A stretch of 59,228 nt of DNA, from assembly GCA_036390735.1 (NCBI GenBank), contig DASWBF010000091.1:1-59228 (forward strand). The letters are read 5' to 3'. Below, piece by piece: positions 40,109 through 49,831 of the stretch; within the stretch, counting starts at the first letter, position 1; every line of letters begins with the position of its first letter. Under the pieces are notes generated by a model. The model saw only the letters and a list, made by a program, of their open reading frames with translations. It made no database searches and was not told the DNA's origin. Both the position numbers and the translations under genes were made by a program. The stretch comes from Mycobacterium sp. GTDB lineage: Bacteria > Actinomycetota > Actinomycetes > Mycobacteriales > Mycobacteriaceae.

Positions 40109-41542
40109 TCAGACCGGCAGCAGCCCGTCGATAACCTCCGCCAGCTGCTTGGCGTTGCGGCATTCGTGCATCGTGATCACGTCCTGATAGCGAGGCACCG
40201 CGGAATCGCCGCTGCCCCACAGATGCCGCGGCTCCGGGTTCAGCCAGTGCGCGTGCCGGCTTTCGGTGACCATCCGGTGCAGCACGTCCACCTCGGGATT
40301 GCGGTAGTTGTTGCGCCCGTCGCCGAGCACCAGCAGCGAGCTGCGCGGTGACAGCACGGTCGGGTAGTTCTCGGTGAACGACGTGAACGCGTTGCCGTAG
40401 TCGCTGTGCCCGTCGCGGGTGTACACCCCGGAATCGCGGGTGATCCGCTGCACCGCCATCGCCAAGTCCGCTTCCGGGCCGAACATGTGCGTCACCTCGT
40501 CGGTGGTGTCGATGAAAGCGAACACCCGCACTCGGGAAAACTGTTGGCGCAGTGCATGCACCAGCAGCAGCGTGAAGTGGCTGAAGCCGGCCACCGAGCC
40601 CGACACATCGCACAGCACCACCAGCTCCGGGCGCGCCGGCCGCGGCTTGCGCAGCACCATGTCGATCGGCACGCCGCCGGTGTTCATCGACTTGCGCAGC
40701 GTCTTTCGCAGATCGATCTCACCCGCCCGAGACCGGCGGCGGCGTGCCGCCAGCCGGGTGGCCAGGGTGCGGGCCAGCGGCGCCACCACACGTCGCATCT
40801 GCCGCAGCTGCTCACCCGACGCCCGCAGGAACTCGACGTTCTCCGACAGTTGCGGAATGCCGTACATGGCCACGTGGTCACGGCCGAGCTGCTCGGCGGT
40901 GCGCCGCTTGGTCTCCGCCTCCACCATCTTGCGCAGCTGCGAAATACGCTGGCTAGCAATGGCTTTGGCGATCTGCTCCTGCGTGGGCGTGGGCTCTTCG
41001 CCGTAGGGTGCCAGCAGTCCCGCCAGCAGCCGCCCCTCCAGCTGATCCAACGCCATCGCCTTGAGCGCCTGATACGACGAGTACGACGGGCCGCGGCTGG
41101 AGCTGTACCGCCCGTATGCCTCGACGATCTGCGCGACCAGCGCCTCCATCCGCTCGTCGTGATCACCGAGATCACTGTCGTCGCCCAGCAATTCGACAAG
41201 TTGAGCGCGCAGGGCGTCGAGGTCGTCGGGCGAACCCGAGCTGTCCTCGTCCTCGATCGGCACAGTGGCACGTGCACCGAGCGCGGCCGGGAACCACAGG
41301 TCGAACATCGCGTCGTACGTGTCGCGGTGGTCGGGCCGACGCAGCACGGCGCAAGCGATACCCTCGCGCAGCACCTCCCGATCACCAAGGCCCAGCACGC
41401 TCATCACCCGCCCGGCGTCGACCGTCTCCGACGGACCCACCGAAATGCCTTGTGCTCGTAGCGCTTCCACAAAGCCAACCAGATGCCCTGGAATGCCGTG
41501 CGGGGCAAGCGGCTGGGGCGGGCGGACGCGGCGGGCGGCCAT
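40109..41542 (-). CDS. vWA/CoxE-like protein (Rv2425c-like)
   Basis: MIDAS DVSGS; LGDGRNN and WLNPEP. Confidence 0.92.
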   Translation of the reverse strand: MAARRVRPPQPLAPHGIPGHLVGFVEALRAQGISVGPSETVDAGRVMSVLGLGDREVLREGIACAVLRRPDHRDTYDAMFDLWFPAALGARATVPIEDEDSSGSPDDLDALRAQLVELLGDDSDLGDHDERMEALVAQIVEAYGRYSSSRGPSYSSYQALKAMALDQLEGRLLAGLLAPYGEEPTPTQEQIAKAIASQRISQLRKMVEAETKRRTAEQLGRDHVAMYGIPQLSENVEFLRASGEQLRQMRRVVAPLARTLATRLAARRRRSRAGEIDLRKTLRKSMNTGGVPIDMVLRKPRPARPELVVLCDVSGSVAGFSHFTLLLVHALRQQFSRVRVFAFIDTTDEVTHMFGPEADLAMAVQRITRDSGVYTRDGHSDYGNAFTSFTENYPTVLSPRSSLLVLGDGRNNYRNPEVDVLHRMVTESRHAHWLNPEPRHLWGSGDSAVPRYQDVITMHECRNAKQLAEVIDGLLPV

Positions 41543-42417
41543 CAGTTCAGCCTCAGCTCCCCGGCGGCGCGGGTGACGTCGGATTGATGCTTGAGCACCA
41601 CGCCCAACGTCGACGCGATCGTCGCGTCGTCGATGGTGTCCAGCCCGAGCGCCAGAAGCGTTCGGCCCCAGTCGATGGTCTCGGCCACCGACGGCAGCTT
41701 CTTCAGCTGCATGCCGCGCAGCACCCCGATGATGCGCACCAGCTCCTCGGCCAGATGTTCCGGCAACTCGGGTACTCGGGACAGCAGGATTCGCCGCTCG
41801 AGGTCGGGGTCGGGGAAGTCGATGTGCAGGAACAAACACCGCCGCTTCAAAGCTTCGGAAAGTTCACGCGTCGCGTTGGAGGTCAGCACGACCAACGGCG
41901 CGCGCTCGGCGACGATGGTGCCCAGTTCGGGCACCGTGACGGCGAAGTCGGACAGCACTTCGAGCAGCAGGCCCTCGATCTCGATGTCCGCCTTGTCGGT
42001 TTCGTCGATCAGCAGCACGGTCGGCTCGGTGCGCCGGATCGCGGTCAGCAGCGGCCGGGACAGCAGGAACTCCTCGGAGAACACGTCGGTCTTGGTGTGT
42101 TCCCAGTCGCCCGAGCCGGCCTGGATCCGCAGGATCTGCTTCGCGTGGTTCCACTCGTACAGCGCACGTGACTCGTCGACGCCCTCGTAACACTGCAGCC
42201 GCACCAGCCCCGAGCCGGTGGCCTGCGCGACCGCCCGGGCCAGCTCCGTCTTGCCCACGCCCGCAGGCCCTTCGACCAGCAGCGGCTTGCCGAGCCGGTC
42301 GGCGAGAAAAACCGCTGTGGCGGTGGCGGTGTCGGGCAGATAGCCCGTTTCGGCGAGTCGGCGCGCCACGTCGTCGATGTCGGCGAACAACGGGGCGGGC
42401 CGTGCGGGGACGCTCAC
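41542..42417 (-). CDS. MoxR/CoxD-like AAA+ ATPase (Rv2426c-like)
   Basis: GPAGVGKT, LLIDETDK and SEALKRRC. Confidence 0.93.
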   Translation of the reverse strand: MSVPARPAPLFADIDDVARRLAETGYLPDTATATAVFLADRLGKPLLVEGPAGVGKTELARAVAQATGSGLVRLQCYEGVDESRALYEWNHAKQILRIQAGSGDWEHTKTDVFSEEFLLSRPLLTAIRRTEPTVLLIDETDKADIEIEGLLLEVLSDFAVTVPELGTIVAERAPLVVLTSNATRELSEALKRRCLFLHIDFPDPDLERRILLSRVPELPEHLAEELVRIIGVLRGMQLKKLPSVAETIDWGRTLLALGLDTIDDATIASTLGVVLKHQSDVTRAAGELRLN

Positions 42418-42432
42418 TTCATACTCCTGTTG

Positions 42433-43680
42433 TCAGGCCGGGCGGGTATGGCCATCGCCCCACACGATCCACTTGGTTGACGTCAGCTCCGGCAGGCCCA
42501 TCGGCCCGCGCGCGTGCAGCTTCTGAGTCGAGATGCCGATTTCGGCGCCGAAACCGAACTGCTCGCCGTCGGTGAACGCGGTCGACGCGTTGACCATCAC
42601 CGCCGCGGCGTCCACCTCTTCGGTAAACCGTTGTGCGGCAGCCAGATTGCTGGTCACGATGGCCTCGGTGTGGCCGGTGCCGTACTCGTTGATGTGGTTG
42701 ATCGCGGCATCCAGCCCGTCTACCACCGCGACGGCGATGTCCATCGACAGGTACTCGCGGCGAAGGTCGTCCTCCGCACCGCCGGAGTGAATCGTCACCC
42801 CGGCCGACTCCAACGCGTTGGTCAGCCGCGGCAACGCCTCGCCGGCGATCGCGGCGTCCACCAGCAGCGTCTCGGCGGCATTGCAGACGCTGGGTCGACG
42901 GGTCTTGGCGTTCAACAGGATTCGTTCGGCGACGTCAAGGTCCGCCGCCTCGTGGACGTACACGTGGCAGTTGCCGACGCCGGTCTCGATGGTCGGCACC
43001 TGCGCATCGCGCACCACCGCGTCGATCAGCCCGGCACCGCCGCGCGGAATCACCACGTCGACCAGCCCGCGAGCCTGGATCAAGTGCGTGACGGTGGAAC
43101 GGTCTTCGGCCGACAGCAGCTGTGCCGCGTCGGGTGGCAGGTTCTCGGTCGCCAGCGCAGCCCGTAGCACGTTCACCAGCGCGGTGTTGGAATGCGACGC
43201 CGACGAACTGCCGCGCAGCAGCACCGCATTGCCGGACTTCAGCGTGAGGCCGAATGCGTCAACGGTGACGTTCGGGCGGCTTTCGTAGACGATGCCGACC
43301 ACGCCGAACGGCACCCGCTGCTGGCGCAGCTGCAGTCCATTGGGCAGGGTCCGCCCGCGCAGCACCTCGCCGATCGGGTCGGGCAGGCCCGCGACCTGCC
43401 GCAGACCGGCCGCGATGCCGTCGACACGGTGCGGGTTGAGCGCCAATCGGTCGAGCAGCGCTTCCGAAGTGCCAGCGGCCCGCGCCGCGTCCAGATCCTC
43501 GGCGTTGGCGGCCAGGATCACGTGCATATGAGACAGCAGCGCATCCGCCGCGGCGTGTAGCGCGCGGTCCTTGTCGGCGGTGGACAACGTCGCCAGCAGA
43601 CGAGAAGCGACGCGCGCGCGTCGGGCCGCGTCGTGGACGTGCTCACGCAGGTCGGGGCGCGATGGTGCCTGCAGACTCAT
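42433..43680 (-). CDS. proA: Glutamate-5-semialdehyde dehydrogenase
   Basis: [16 protein letters not shown] and [15 protein letters not shown]. Confidence 0.98.
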   Translation of the reverse strand: MSLQAPSRPDLREHVHDAARRARVASRLLATLSTADKDRALHAAADALLSHMHVILAANAEDLDAARAAGTSEALLDRLALNPHRVDGIAAGLRQVAGLPDPIGEVLRGRTLPNGLQLRQQRVPFGVVGIVYESRPNVTVDAFGLTLKSGNAVLLRGSSSASHSNTALVNVLRAALATENLPPDAAQLLSAEDRSTVTHLIQARGLVDVVIPRGGAGLIDAVVRDAQVPTIETGVGNCHVYVHEAADLDVAERILLNAKTRRPSVCNAAETLLVDAAIAGEALPRLTNALESAGVTIHSGGAEDDLRREYLSMDIAVAVVDGLDAAINHINEYGTGHTEAIVTSNLAAAQRFTEEVDAAAVMVNASTAFTDGEQFGFGAEIGISTQKLHARGPMGLPELTSTKWIVWGDGHTRPA

Positions 43681-43736
43681 CAATCCAGGGTATCGGGCCA
43701 ACCGCCCGGTTGGGCGCCCGGGGCTAACCTGAGCGA

Positions 43737-44591
43737 GTGACGCGGGTGTGCGTGGTCGGCAGCGTGAACACCGACCTCACCTTCACCGTCGACGCGCTGC
43801 CACGGGCCGGCGAAACGGTGCTGTCCTCCGCGCTGGCGTCGTCCCCGGGCGGCAAGGGCGCCAACCAGGCGCTGGCCGCGGCCCGCGCCGGGGCACGGGT
43901 GCAGTTCGTCGGCGCGGTCGGCACCGACGCGGCCGCCGACGCGCTGCTGGCGCACCTCCGCAGCAACGACGTCGGCACCGACGCAGTGATCACCGTGCCG
44001 GGGCCCAGCGGCACGGCCGCGGTCCTGGTCGACGCCGACGCGGAGAACATGATCGTCGTCGCTGCCGGCGCCAACGCTCATCTCGTGCTCGACTCGGCGT
44101 TCATGCGCGACGTCGTCGCGCAATCCGACGTGGTGCTGCTGCAACTGGAGATTCCGGCGCCGACGGCTGTGGCGGCCGCACGCGTTGCCCGCACCGCGAA
44201 CGCGACCGTGATCGTGAACGCGTCACCTCCCAGTACATCGCCGGAAATGCCCGGGTTGGCCGCACTCGCCGACGTGGTCGTCGTCAACGAATCGGAAGCC
44301 GGCGCATGGCGGTGGGCCGTGCCGCACCTCGTGATCACCCAGGGTGCACGCGGTGCGACCTACATCGCGGACAGCCACGAGGTCGACGTCGCCGCGCCGC
44401 CGGTCGAGCCCGTCGACACGACAGGCGCGGGCGACGTGTTCGCGGGCGTGCTGGCCGCGGGCTGGCCAGGCGATCCTGACCGTGCCCTGAGGCGGGCATG
44501 CGCGGCCGGTGCATTGGCCACCTTGGTGCCCGGTGCGGGCGACTGCGCGCCCACCAACGAGGCAATCGAGGATGCACTGCGAGGCTGCTGA
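43737..44591 (+). CDS. rbsK: Ribokinase (PfkB)
   Basis: PGGKGANQA and DTTGAGDVF. Confidence 0.92.
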   Translation: MTRVCVVGSVNTDLTFTVDALPRAGETVLSSALASSPGGKGANQALAAARAGARVQFVGAVGTDAAADALLAHLRSNDVGTDAVITVPGPSGTAAVLVDADAENMIVVAAGANAHLVLDSAFMRDVVAQSDVVLLQLEIPAPTAVAAARVARTANATVIVNASPPSTSPEMPGLAALADVVVVNESEAGAWRWAVPHLVITQGARGATYIADSHEVDVAAPPVEPVDTTGAGDVFAGVLAAGWPGDPDRALRRACAAGALATLVPGAGDCAPTNEAIEDALRGC

Positions 44592-45220
44592 TGTCATTGT
44601 CAGAGACGCGACGCCGCACCCTTGGCCGGCGAATCCGCCTGCTGGTCGCAGCCACGATCTCCTACAACGTCGTGGAAGCGATGATCGCGGTTGCAGAGGG
44701 AATCCGGGTCTCGTCATCGGCCCTGGTGGGTTTCGGGCTCGACTCTGTTGTTGAAGTGTCATCCGCGGCGGCCGTGGCATGGCAGTTCAGCGCCAAAGAC
44801 CCCGAGTCCCGGGAAAAACCGGCCCTGCGGTTCATCGCGTGGTCGTTCTTCGCACTGGCCGCCTACGTCACCGTCGACGCGGTGCTGTCGCTGATCGGCA
44901 TCGGCGAACCTCGTCCGTCGGCGATTGGCATTGGGTTGGCGGCTGTCAGCCTGATCGTCATGCCGCTGTTGTCGTTCGCCCAACGATCAGCCGGCCGCGA
45001 ACTCGGATCGCGTTCCGCCGTAGCGGATTCCAAGCAAACGCTGCTTTGCACGTTCTTGTCAGCCGCGCTGCTTCTCGGCCTGGTTGCCAACGCCGTAGCG
45101 GGATGGTGGTGGGCGGATCCCGTTGCGGCCCTCCTGATCGCGGCCGTCGCCGTTCGCGAAGGCCGCGAAGCGTGGCGTGGTGATCCGTGCTGCACGGCCC
45201 ACGTCGAGGAACTGCAATGA
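44591..45220 (+). CDS. Cation (CDF-like) transporter
   Basis: YNVVEA, GFGLDSVVEV and WWWADPVAAL; C-terminal CC..H. Confidence 0.85.
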   Translation: MSLSETRRRTLGRRIRLLVAATISYNVVEAMIAVAEGIRVSSSALVGFGLDSVVEVSSAAAVAWQFSAKDPESREKPALRFIAWSFFALAAYVTVDAVLSLIGIGEPRPSAIGIGLAAVSLIVMPLLSFAQRSAGRELGSRSAVADSKQTLLCTFLSAALLLGLVANAVAGWWWADPVAALLIAAVAVREGREAWRGDPCCTAHVEELQ

Positions 45221-45675
45221 ACGACAGGGCAATGGCGCTGATCGCGATCGCGACGTACGTCCTCGGCGCCATGGTCGGCATCGTCTGGCGCTCGTGGTGG
45301 CAGTGGCGCCGCACCGGGTCGACGGGCTTCGAGGGCGTCAGCGGGCGCGTCGGATCAGCCGAGTGGTTCGGCGGTATCGGTGTGGTCCTCGGAGTGGTGC
45401 TGACGTTCGCCGCGCCTGTCCTGCAACTGGCCGGGATCGTTGAGCCGCTGCCGTTCTTGCGCAGGGCATGGATCCAATGGGGCGGCGTCGTCATCGCCCT
45501 CGCGGGCATTACGTTCACCGTGTATGCACAACTCGCCATGGGCACGTCGTGGCGGATCGGTGTCGACGACAGCGAGACGACGACGTTGGTGCGTAGCGGC
45601 GTGTTCGGGCTCGTCCGCAATCCGATCTTCGTAGGCACGTGGGCGTTCTGGCTCGGCACAACGCTGGTCACCCCG
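45217..45675 (+). pseudogene. Isoprenylcysteine carboxylmethyltransferase-family membrane protein, 3'-truncated
   Basis: AQLAMGTSWRIG..LVRSGVFGLVRNPIF; similarity then ends, with no EE/RF C-terminus, and the ORF runs antisense into nadE. Confidence 0.75.
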
Positions 45676-45714
45676 AGGCGGGCCTGTGAAAATACGGTTT
45701 CGGCGAAGGGGAGA

Positions 45715-47757
45715 TCAGTCCTCCGGGACTTCCCGCTCGATCTCGTCGAGCCAGGTTCGCGCCGACATGTCCGACGGCGCGCGCCAATCCCCACGCGGCG
45801 ACAGCGATCCGCCGTGCGACACCTTCGGCCCGTTGGGCAACGCCGACCGCTTGAACTGGCTGAACGAGTAGAACCGCTCCACGAACACCTGCAGCCAGTG
45901 CCGAATCTCCTTCAGCGAGTAGGACGGCCGCTTGTCCGGAGGGAAGCCGGGCGGCCAATCGCCACGCTCCGGGTCGCTCCACGCGTGCCACGCCAGGAAC
46001 GCGATCTTCGACGGCCGGAACCCGTACCGCAGCACCTGGAAGAGCGAAAAGTCCTGCAGCGAATACGGTCCCACTTTGGCCTCGCTGCTCTGCAACTCCT
46101 CTTCCTCGCCCGAGGGCACCAGCTCGGGGGTGATCTCGGTGTCGAGCACCGACCGCAGCACCTCGCACACGTCGGACTCGAACTGCCCTGAGGAGATCAC
46201 CCAGCGAATCAGGTGCTGTATCAACGTCTTCGGAACTCCGCCGTTGACGTTGTAGTGCGACATTTGGTCACCGACGCCGTACGTCGACCACCCCAGCGCC
46301 AGCTCGGACAGGTCGCCGGTGCCGAGCACGATTCCGCCGCGCTGATTGGCGATACGGAACAGATAGTCGGTGCGCAAGCCGGCCTGAACGTTTTCGAACG
46401 TGACGTCGTAAACCTTTTCGCCGCGGCCGAACGGGTGCCCCATCTCCTTGAGCATCAGCTGCGCCGTCGGCCGGATGTCGATCTCCTCGAACGTCACACC
46501 CAATGCACGCGACAGCCGAATCGCGTTGTTCTTCGTCCGTTCACCGGTGGCAAAGCCGGGCAGTGTGAACGCCAGAATGTCTCTGCGCGGCCGGTTTTCC
46601 CGGTCCATCGCACGCGCGGCGACGATCAGCGCGTGGGTGGAGTCGAGCCCGCCCGACACGCCGATGACCACCTTCGGGTAGTTCAGCGCACGCAGCCGCT
46701 GCTGGAGCCCGGCCACCTGGATGTTGTAGCCCTCGTAGCAATCCTGTTCCAGCCGTTCGGTATTCGACGGCACGAACGGGAACCGCTCGATGCGCCGGCG
46801 CAACCCGACGTCACCCGTCGGCGGGTCGAGCTGAAACTCCATGCGGCGGAACGACTCCGCGGCATCCGCGTGGTGGTTGCGGTTGTCGTCGAACGTTCCC
46901 ATCCGCAACCGCTCGCTGCGCAGAAGTTCCAGGTCCACGTCGGCGACGCAGTGCTGCGGGCCCTTCGGGAACCGCGGGGTGTCGGCGAGCAGCCGGCCGT
47001 TCTCCCAGATCATCGTCTGCCCGTCCCACGCCAGGTCGGTGGTCGACTCGCCCTCCCCCGCCGCGGCGTAGACATAGGCGGCAAGGCACCGAGAGGACGC
47101 CGAGCGCGCCAGCAGACAGCGGTCCTCCGCCCGGGCGATCGTGATCGGGCTGCCGGACAGGTTCGTCAGCACCGTCGCCCCCGCCAGCGCCGCCTCCGCA
47201 CTCGGCGGCACCGGGACGAACATGTCCTCGCACACCTCGACGTGCAGCACGAAACCAGGCACGTCGGACGCGGCGAACAACAGGTCGGGTCCGAACGGCA
47301 CCTGGGCCCCGTCCACCCGGATCACGCCCCGGACGTTGTCGCCAGGAGCCAACTGCCGCCGCTCGTAGAACTCCCGATACGTGGGCAGGTACGACTTGGG
47401 CACGACGCCGAGCACCTTGCCCCGGTGCACGACGACCGCGGTGTTGTAGATGCGGTGCCGGTACCGCAACGGCGCGCCGACCACCAGCACCGGCACCAGC
47501 TCGGTGGAGGCGGTGACGACGTCGACCAGCGCTTCCTCGACCGCGTCGAGCAGAGCGTCCTGCAGCAGGATGTCCTCGATTGAGTACCCCGACAGCGTCA
47601 GCTCGGGGAACACCGCCAACGCGACGGCCTCGTCGTGGCAGTCCTGCGCCATCCGCAGCACCGACTCCGCATTCGCGGCCGGATCGGCGATCGCGGTGTG
47701 AATCGTGCAGGCGGCGACGCGAACGAAGCCGTGCCGGTACGCCGAGTAGAAGTCCAT
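45715..47757 (-). CDS. nadE: Glutamine-dependent NAD+ synthetase
   Basis: Nitrilase domain (FPEL, VPKSYLP, VCED) plus SGGLDST and ENVQAGLR. Confidence 0.98.
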   Translation of the reverse strand: MDFYSAYRHGFVRVAACTIHTAIADPAANAESVLRMAQDCHDEAVALAVFPELTLSGYSIEDILLQDALLDAVEEALVDVVTASTELVPVLVVGAPLRYRHRIYNTAVVVHRGKVLGVVPKSYLPTYREFYERRQLAPGDNVRGVIRVDGAQVPFGPDLLFAASDVPGFVLHVEVCEDMFVPVPPSAEAALAGATVLTNLSGSPITIARAEDRCLLARSASSRCLAAYVYAAAGEGESTTDLAWDGQTMIWENGRLLADTPRFPKGPQHCVADVDLELLRSERLRMGTFDDNRNHHADAAESFRRMEFQLDPPTGDVGLRRRIERFPFVPSNTERLEQDCYEGYNIQVAGLQQRLRALNYPKVVIGVSGGLDSTHALIVAARAMDRENRPRRDILAFTLPGFATGERTKNNAIRLSRALGVTFEEIDIRPTAQLMLKEMGHPFGRGEKVYDVTFENVQAGLRTDYLFRIANQRGGIVLGTGDLSELALGWSTYGVGDQMSHYNVNGGVPKTLIQHLIRWVISSGQFESDVCEVLRSVLDTEITPELVPSGEEEELQSSEAKVGPYSLQDFSLFQVLRYGFRPSKIAFLAWHAWSDPERGDWPPGFPPDKRPSYSLKEIRHWLQVFVERFYSFSQFKRSALPNGPKVSHGGSLSPRGDWRAPSDMSARTWLDEIEREVPED

Positions 47758-47815
47758 GACGCCATTGTTGCCCCCATCTCTGCTCGGATGACCAAGTACG
47801 GGGTATGCAGATGCC

Positions 47816-47833
47816 ATGAGCCACACCGCTGTG
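47816..47833 (+). pseudogene. Possible 5' stub of the isochorismatase-family pseudogene
   Basis: ATG AGC CAC ACC GCT GTG (MSHTAV) after GGGTAT (SigF-like -10); very short, inferred only. Confidence 0.35.
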
Positions 47834-47969
47834 CGCCTATCGGCGTTACGGGTTTGGCCAAGGCGTGTAGCCTGCTCTAACTAGTGGTGAGGATTATTTG
47901 CCGGGCGTCCACGCGGGCATCGCAGCCGCCAAGGACTCCCCGCACCCCCCGTTAGGACAGGACTGAAAG

Positions 47970-48842
47970 TTGCCAGAAACACAGAGCTTGCGGCCACACT
48001 TCGAGGACGTGCAGGCCCACTATGACCTGTCCGACGACTTCTTCCAGTTGTTCTTGGACCCGACGCAGACCTACAGCTGCGCTTACTTCGAGCGCGACGA
48101 CATGACGCTGGAAGAGGCCCAGATCGCCAAGATCGACCTGGCGCTGGGCAAACTCGGCCTGCAGCCGGGCATGACGCTGCTCGAAGTCGGCTGCGGTTGG
48201 GGGTCGACGATGCTGCGCGCGTTGGAGAAGTGCGACGTCGACGTCGTCGGCCTGACGCTGAGCAAGAACCAGAAGGCCTACGTCGAGCAGCTGTTGGCGG
48301 TGTCGGATAGCCCGCGTTCCAAGCGGGTGCTGCTCGAGGGCTGGGAGCAGTTCCACGAGCCGGTGGACCGGATCGTGGCGATCGGCCCGCTCGAGCATTT
48401 CGGCTACGACCGCTACGACGATTTCTTCAAGCTGGCTTACGACCTGTTGCCGGCCGATGGCAAGATGCTGCTGCACACGATCGTTCAGGCGAGTAAGGAT
48501 GAGCTCGAACAGCGCAATCTGCCGATCACGATGCGGCACCTGCGTTTCTTCAAATTCATCATGGACGAGATCTTCCCCGGCGGCCGGCTGCCGTTGGTGG
48601 CACTGGTCGAGGAGCACGCCACGAAGGCCGGGTTCACGGTGAGCCGGATCCAGCGGCTGCAGCCGCACTACGCGAGGACGCTCGACACGTGGGCGGCGGC
48701 GCTGGAGGCTCATAAGGACGAGGCGATCGCGATCCAATCGGAAGAGGTCTACGACCGGTACATGAAGTACCTGACCGGCTGCGCCGAGTTGTTCCGCGAC
48801 GGCTACACCGACGTGTGCCAGTTCACGCTGGAAAAGGGATAG
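47970..48842 (+). CDS. Cyclopropane mycolic acid synthase family methyltransferase
   Basis: VQAHYDLSDDFF, YSCAYF, EVGCGWG, IFPGG and HYARTL. Confidence 0.96.
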   Translation: MPETQSLRPHFEDVQAHYDLSDDFFQLFLDPTQTYSCAYFERDDMTLEEAQIAKIDLALGKLGLQPGMTLLEVGCGWGSTMLRALEKCDVDVVGLTLSKNQKAYVEQLLAVSDSPRSKRVLLEGWEQFHEPVDRIVAIGPLEHFGYDRYDDFFKLAYDLLPADGKMLLHTIVQASKDELEQRNLPITMRHLRFFKFIMDEIFPGGRLPLVALVEEHATKAGFTVSRIQRLQPHYARTLDTWAAALEAHKDEAIAIQSEEVYDRYMKYLTGCAELFRDGYTDVCQFTLEKG

Positions 48843-48843
48843 T

Positions 48844-48990
48844 CAGGACATCGTCTGTTCCGCGCTCGACGGCGAGCGACCCGACCTGGTGCGGCCGATT
48901 GAGCCCGATCCGGAATGCCGCTTCCTCACCAAGGTGCGCCACAGTGCGTTCTACTCCACCGCGCTGGATGCCTATGTGCGGCATTTCTAG
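48844..48990 (+). pseudogene. Isochorismatase/cysteine-hydrolase remnant
   Basis: QDIVCSALDGERPDLVRPIEPDPECRFLTKVRHSAFYSTALDAYVRHF*; K..HSAFY motif fused to ALDAYVRHF by internal deletion. Confidence 0.7.
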
Positions 48991-49006
48991 CGCTTACCCT
49001 CGAACC

Positions 49007-49831
49007 GTGGATGCCCCGGAACTGCTCGCGGCGTTGGCGGGCCGCCGGATCGCTGTGCTGACCGGCGCGGGCATGTCGACCGACTCCGGCATCCCGGATT
49101 ACCGTGGGCCCGATTCACCACCGAGCAACCCGATGACGATCCGGCAGTTCACCTCCGACCCGGTGTTCCGGCAGCGGTACTGGGCGCGCAACCACGTCGG
49201 CTGGCGGCATATGGATCGGACCGCGCCGAATGCCGGCCATCGGGCGCTCGCCGCTTTGGAGCGGGCCAGCGTCGTGTCGGGGGTGATCACGCAGAACGTC
49301 GATCTGCTGCACACCAAGGCGGGCAGCCGCACCGTGGTCAACCTGCACGGCACCTACGCGCAGGTGATCTGCCTGGGCTGCGGGCACACGATGACGCGCG
49401 CGCACCTGGCCGGACTCCTCGAGGCGCGGAACCCGGGTTTCGTCGCCGACGCGGACGGACTCGCCGTGGCGCCCGACGCGGACGCGGTGGTGGCCGACAC
49501 CTCGTCGTTTCGAGTCGTCGACTGCCCGGCATGCGGGGGGATGTTGAAGCCCGACATCGTCTATTTCGGCGAGAATGTGCCTAAACACCGTGTTGCGCAA
49601 GCTTTTTCGCTGGCTGACAACGCCGATGCGCTGCTGGTAGCCGGGTCCTCGCTGACGGTGTTCTCGGGTTACCGGTTCGTGCGGCACGCCGCCGCGCGCG
49701 GCATCCCCGTCGCGATCGTCAACCGCGGCCCAACCCGCGGCGATGACCTCGCCACGGTCAAGATCGACGCCGGCTGTTCGCCGATCCTGACGCTGCTGGC
49801 GGACGAACTCGTCGCAGGTGTCATGGCGTGA
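49007..49831 (+). CDS. NAD-dependent deacylase, class II (SIRT4-like) sirtuin
   Basis: GAGMSTDSGIPDYR, RQRYWAR, TQNVD, LHG, PDADA and LKPDIVYFGE. Confidence 0.94.
   Translation: MDAPELLAALAGRRIAVLTGAGMSTDSGIPDYRGPDSPPSNPMTIRQFTSDPVFRQRYWARNHVGWRHMDRTAPNAGHRALAALERASVVSGVITQNVDLLHTKAGSRTVVNLHGTYAQVICLGCGHTMTRAHLAGLLEARNPGFVADADGLAVAPDADAVVADTSSFRVVDCPACGGMLKPDIVYFGENVPKHRVAQAFSLADNADALLVAGSSLTVFSGYRFVRHAAARGIPVAIVNRGPTRGDDLATVKIDAGCSPILTLLADELVAGVMA

Noticed and set aside
40109-42417. MoxR-vWA pair as a novel system
   Set aside because: A well-known chaperone-type pairing in its usual position after proA.
45676-45700. gggcctgtgaaaa as an IS terminal inverted repeat
   Set aside because: No partner repeat, target duplication or transposase in the window.
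45676-46191. C-terminal half of the 334-aa ORF 45187-46191 as a real domain
   Set aside because: Read-through antisense to nadE after the truncation point.
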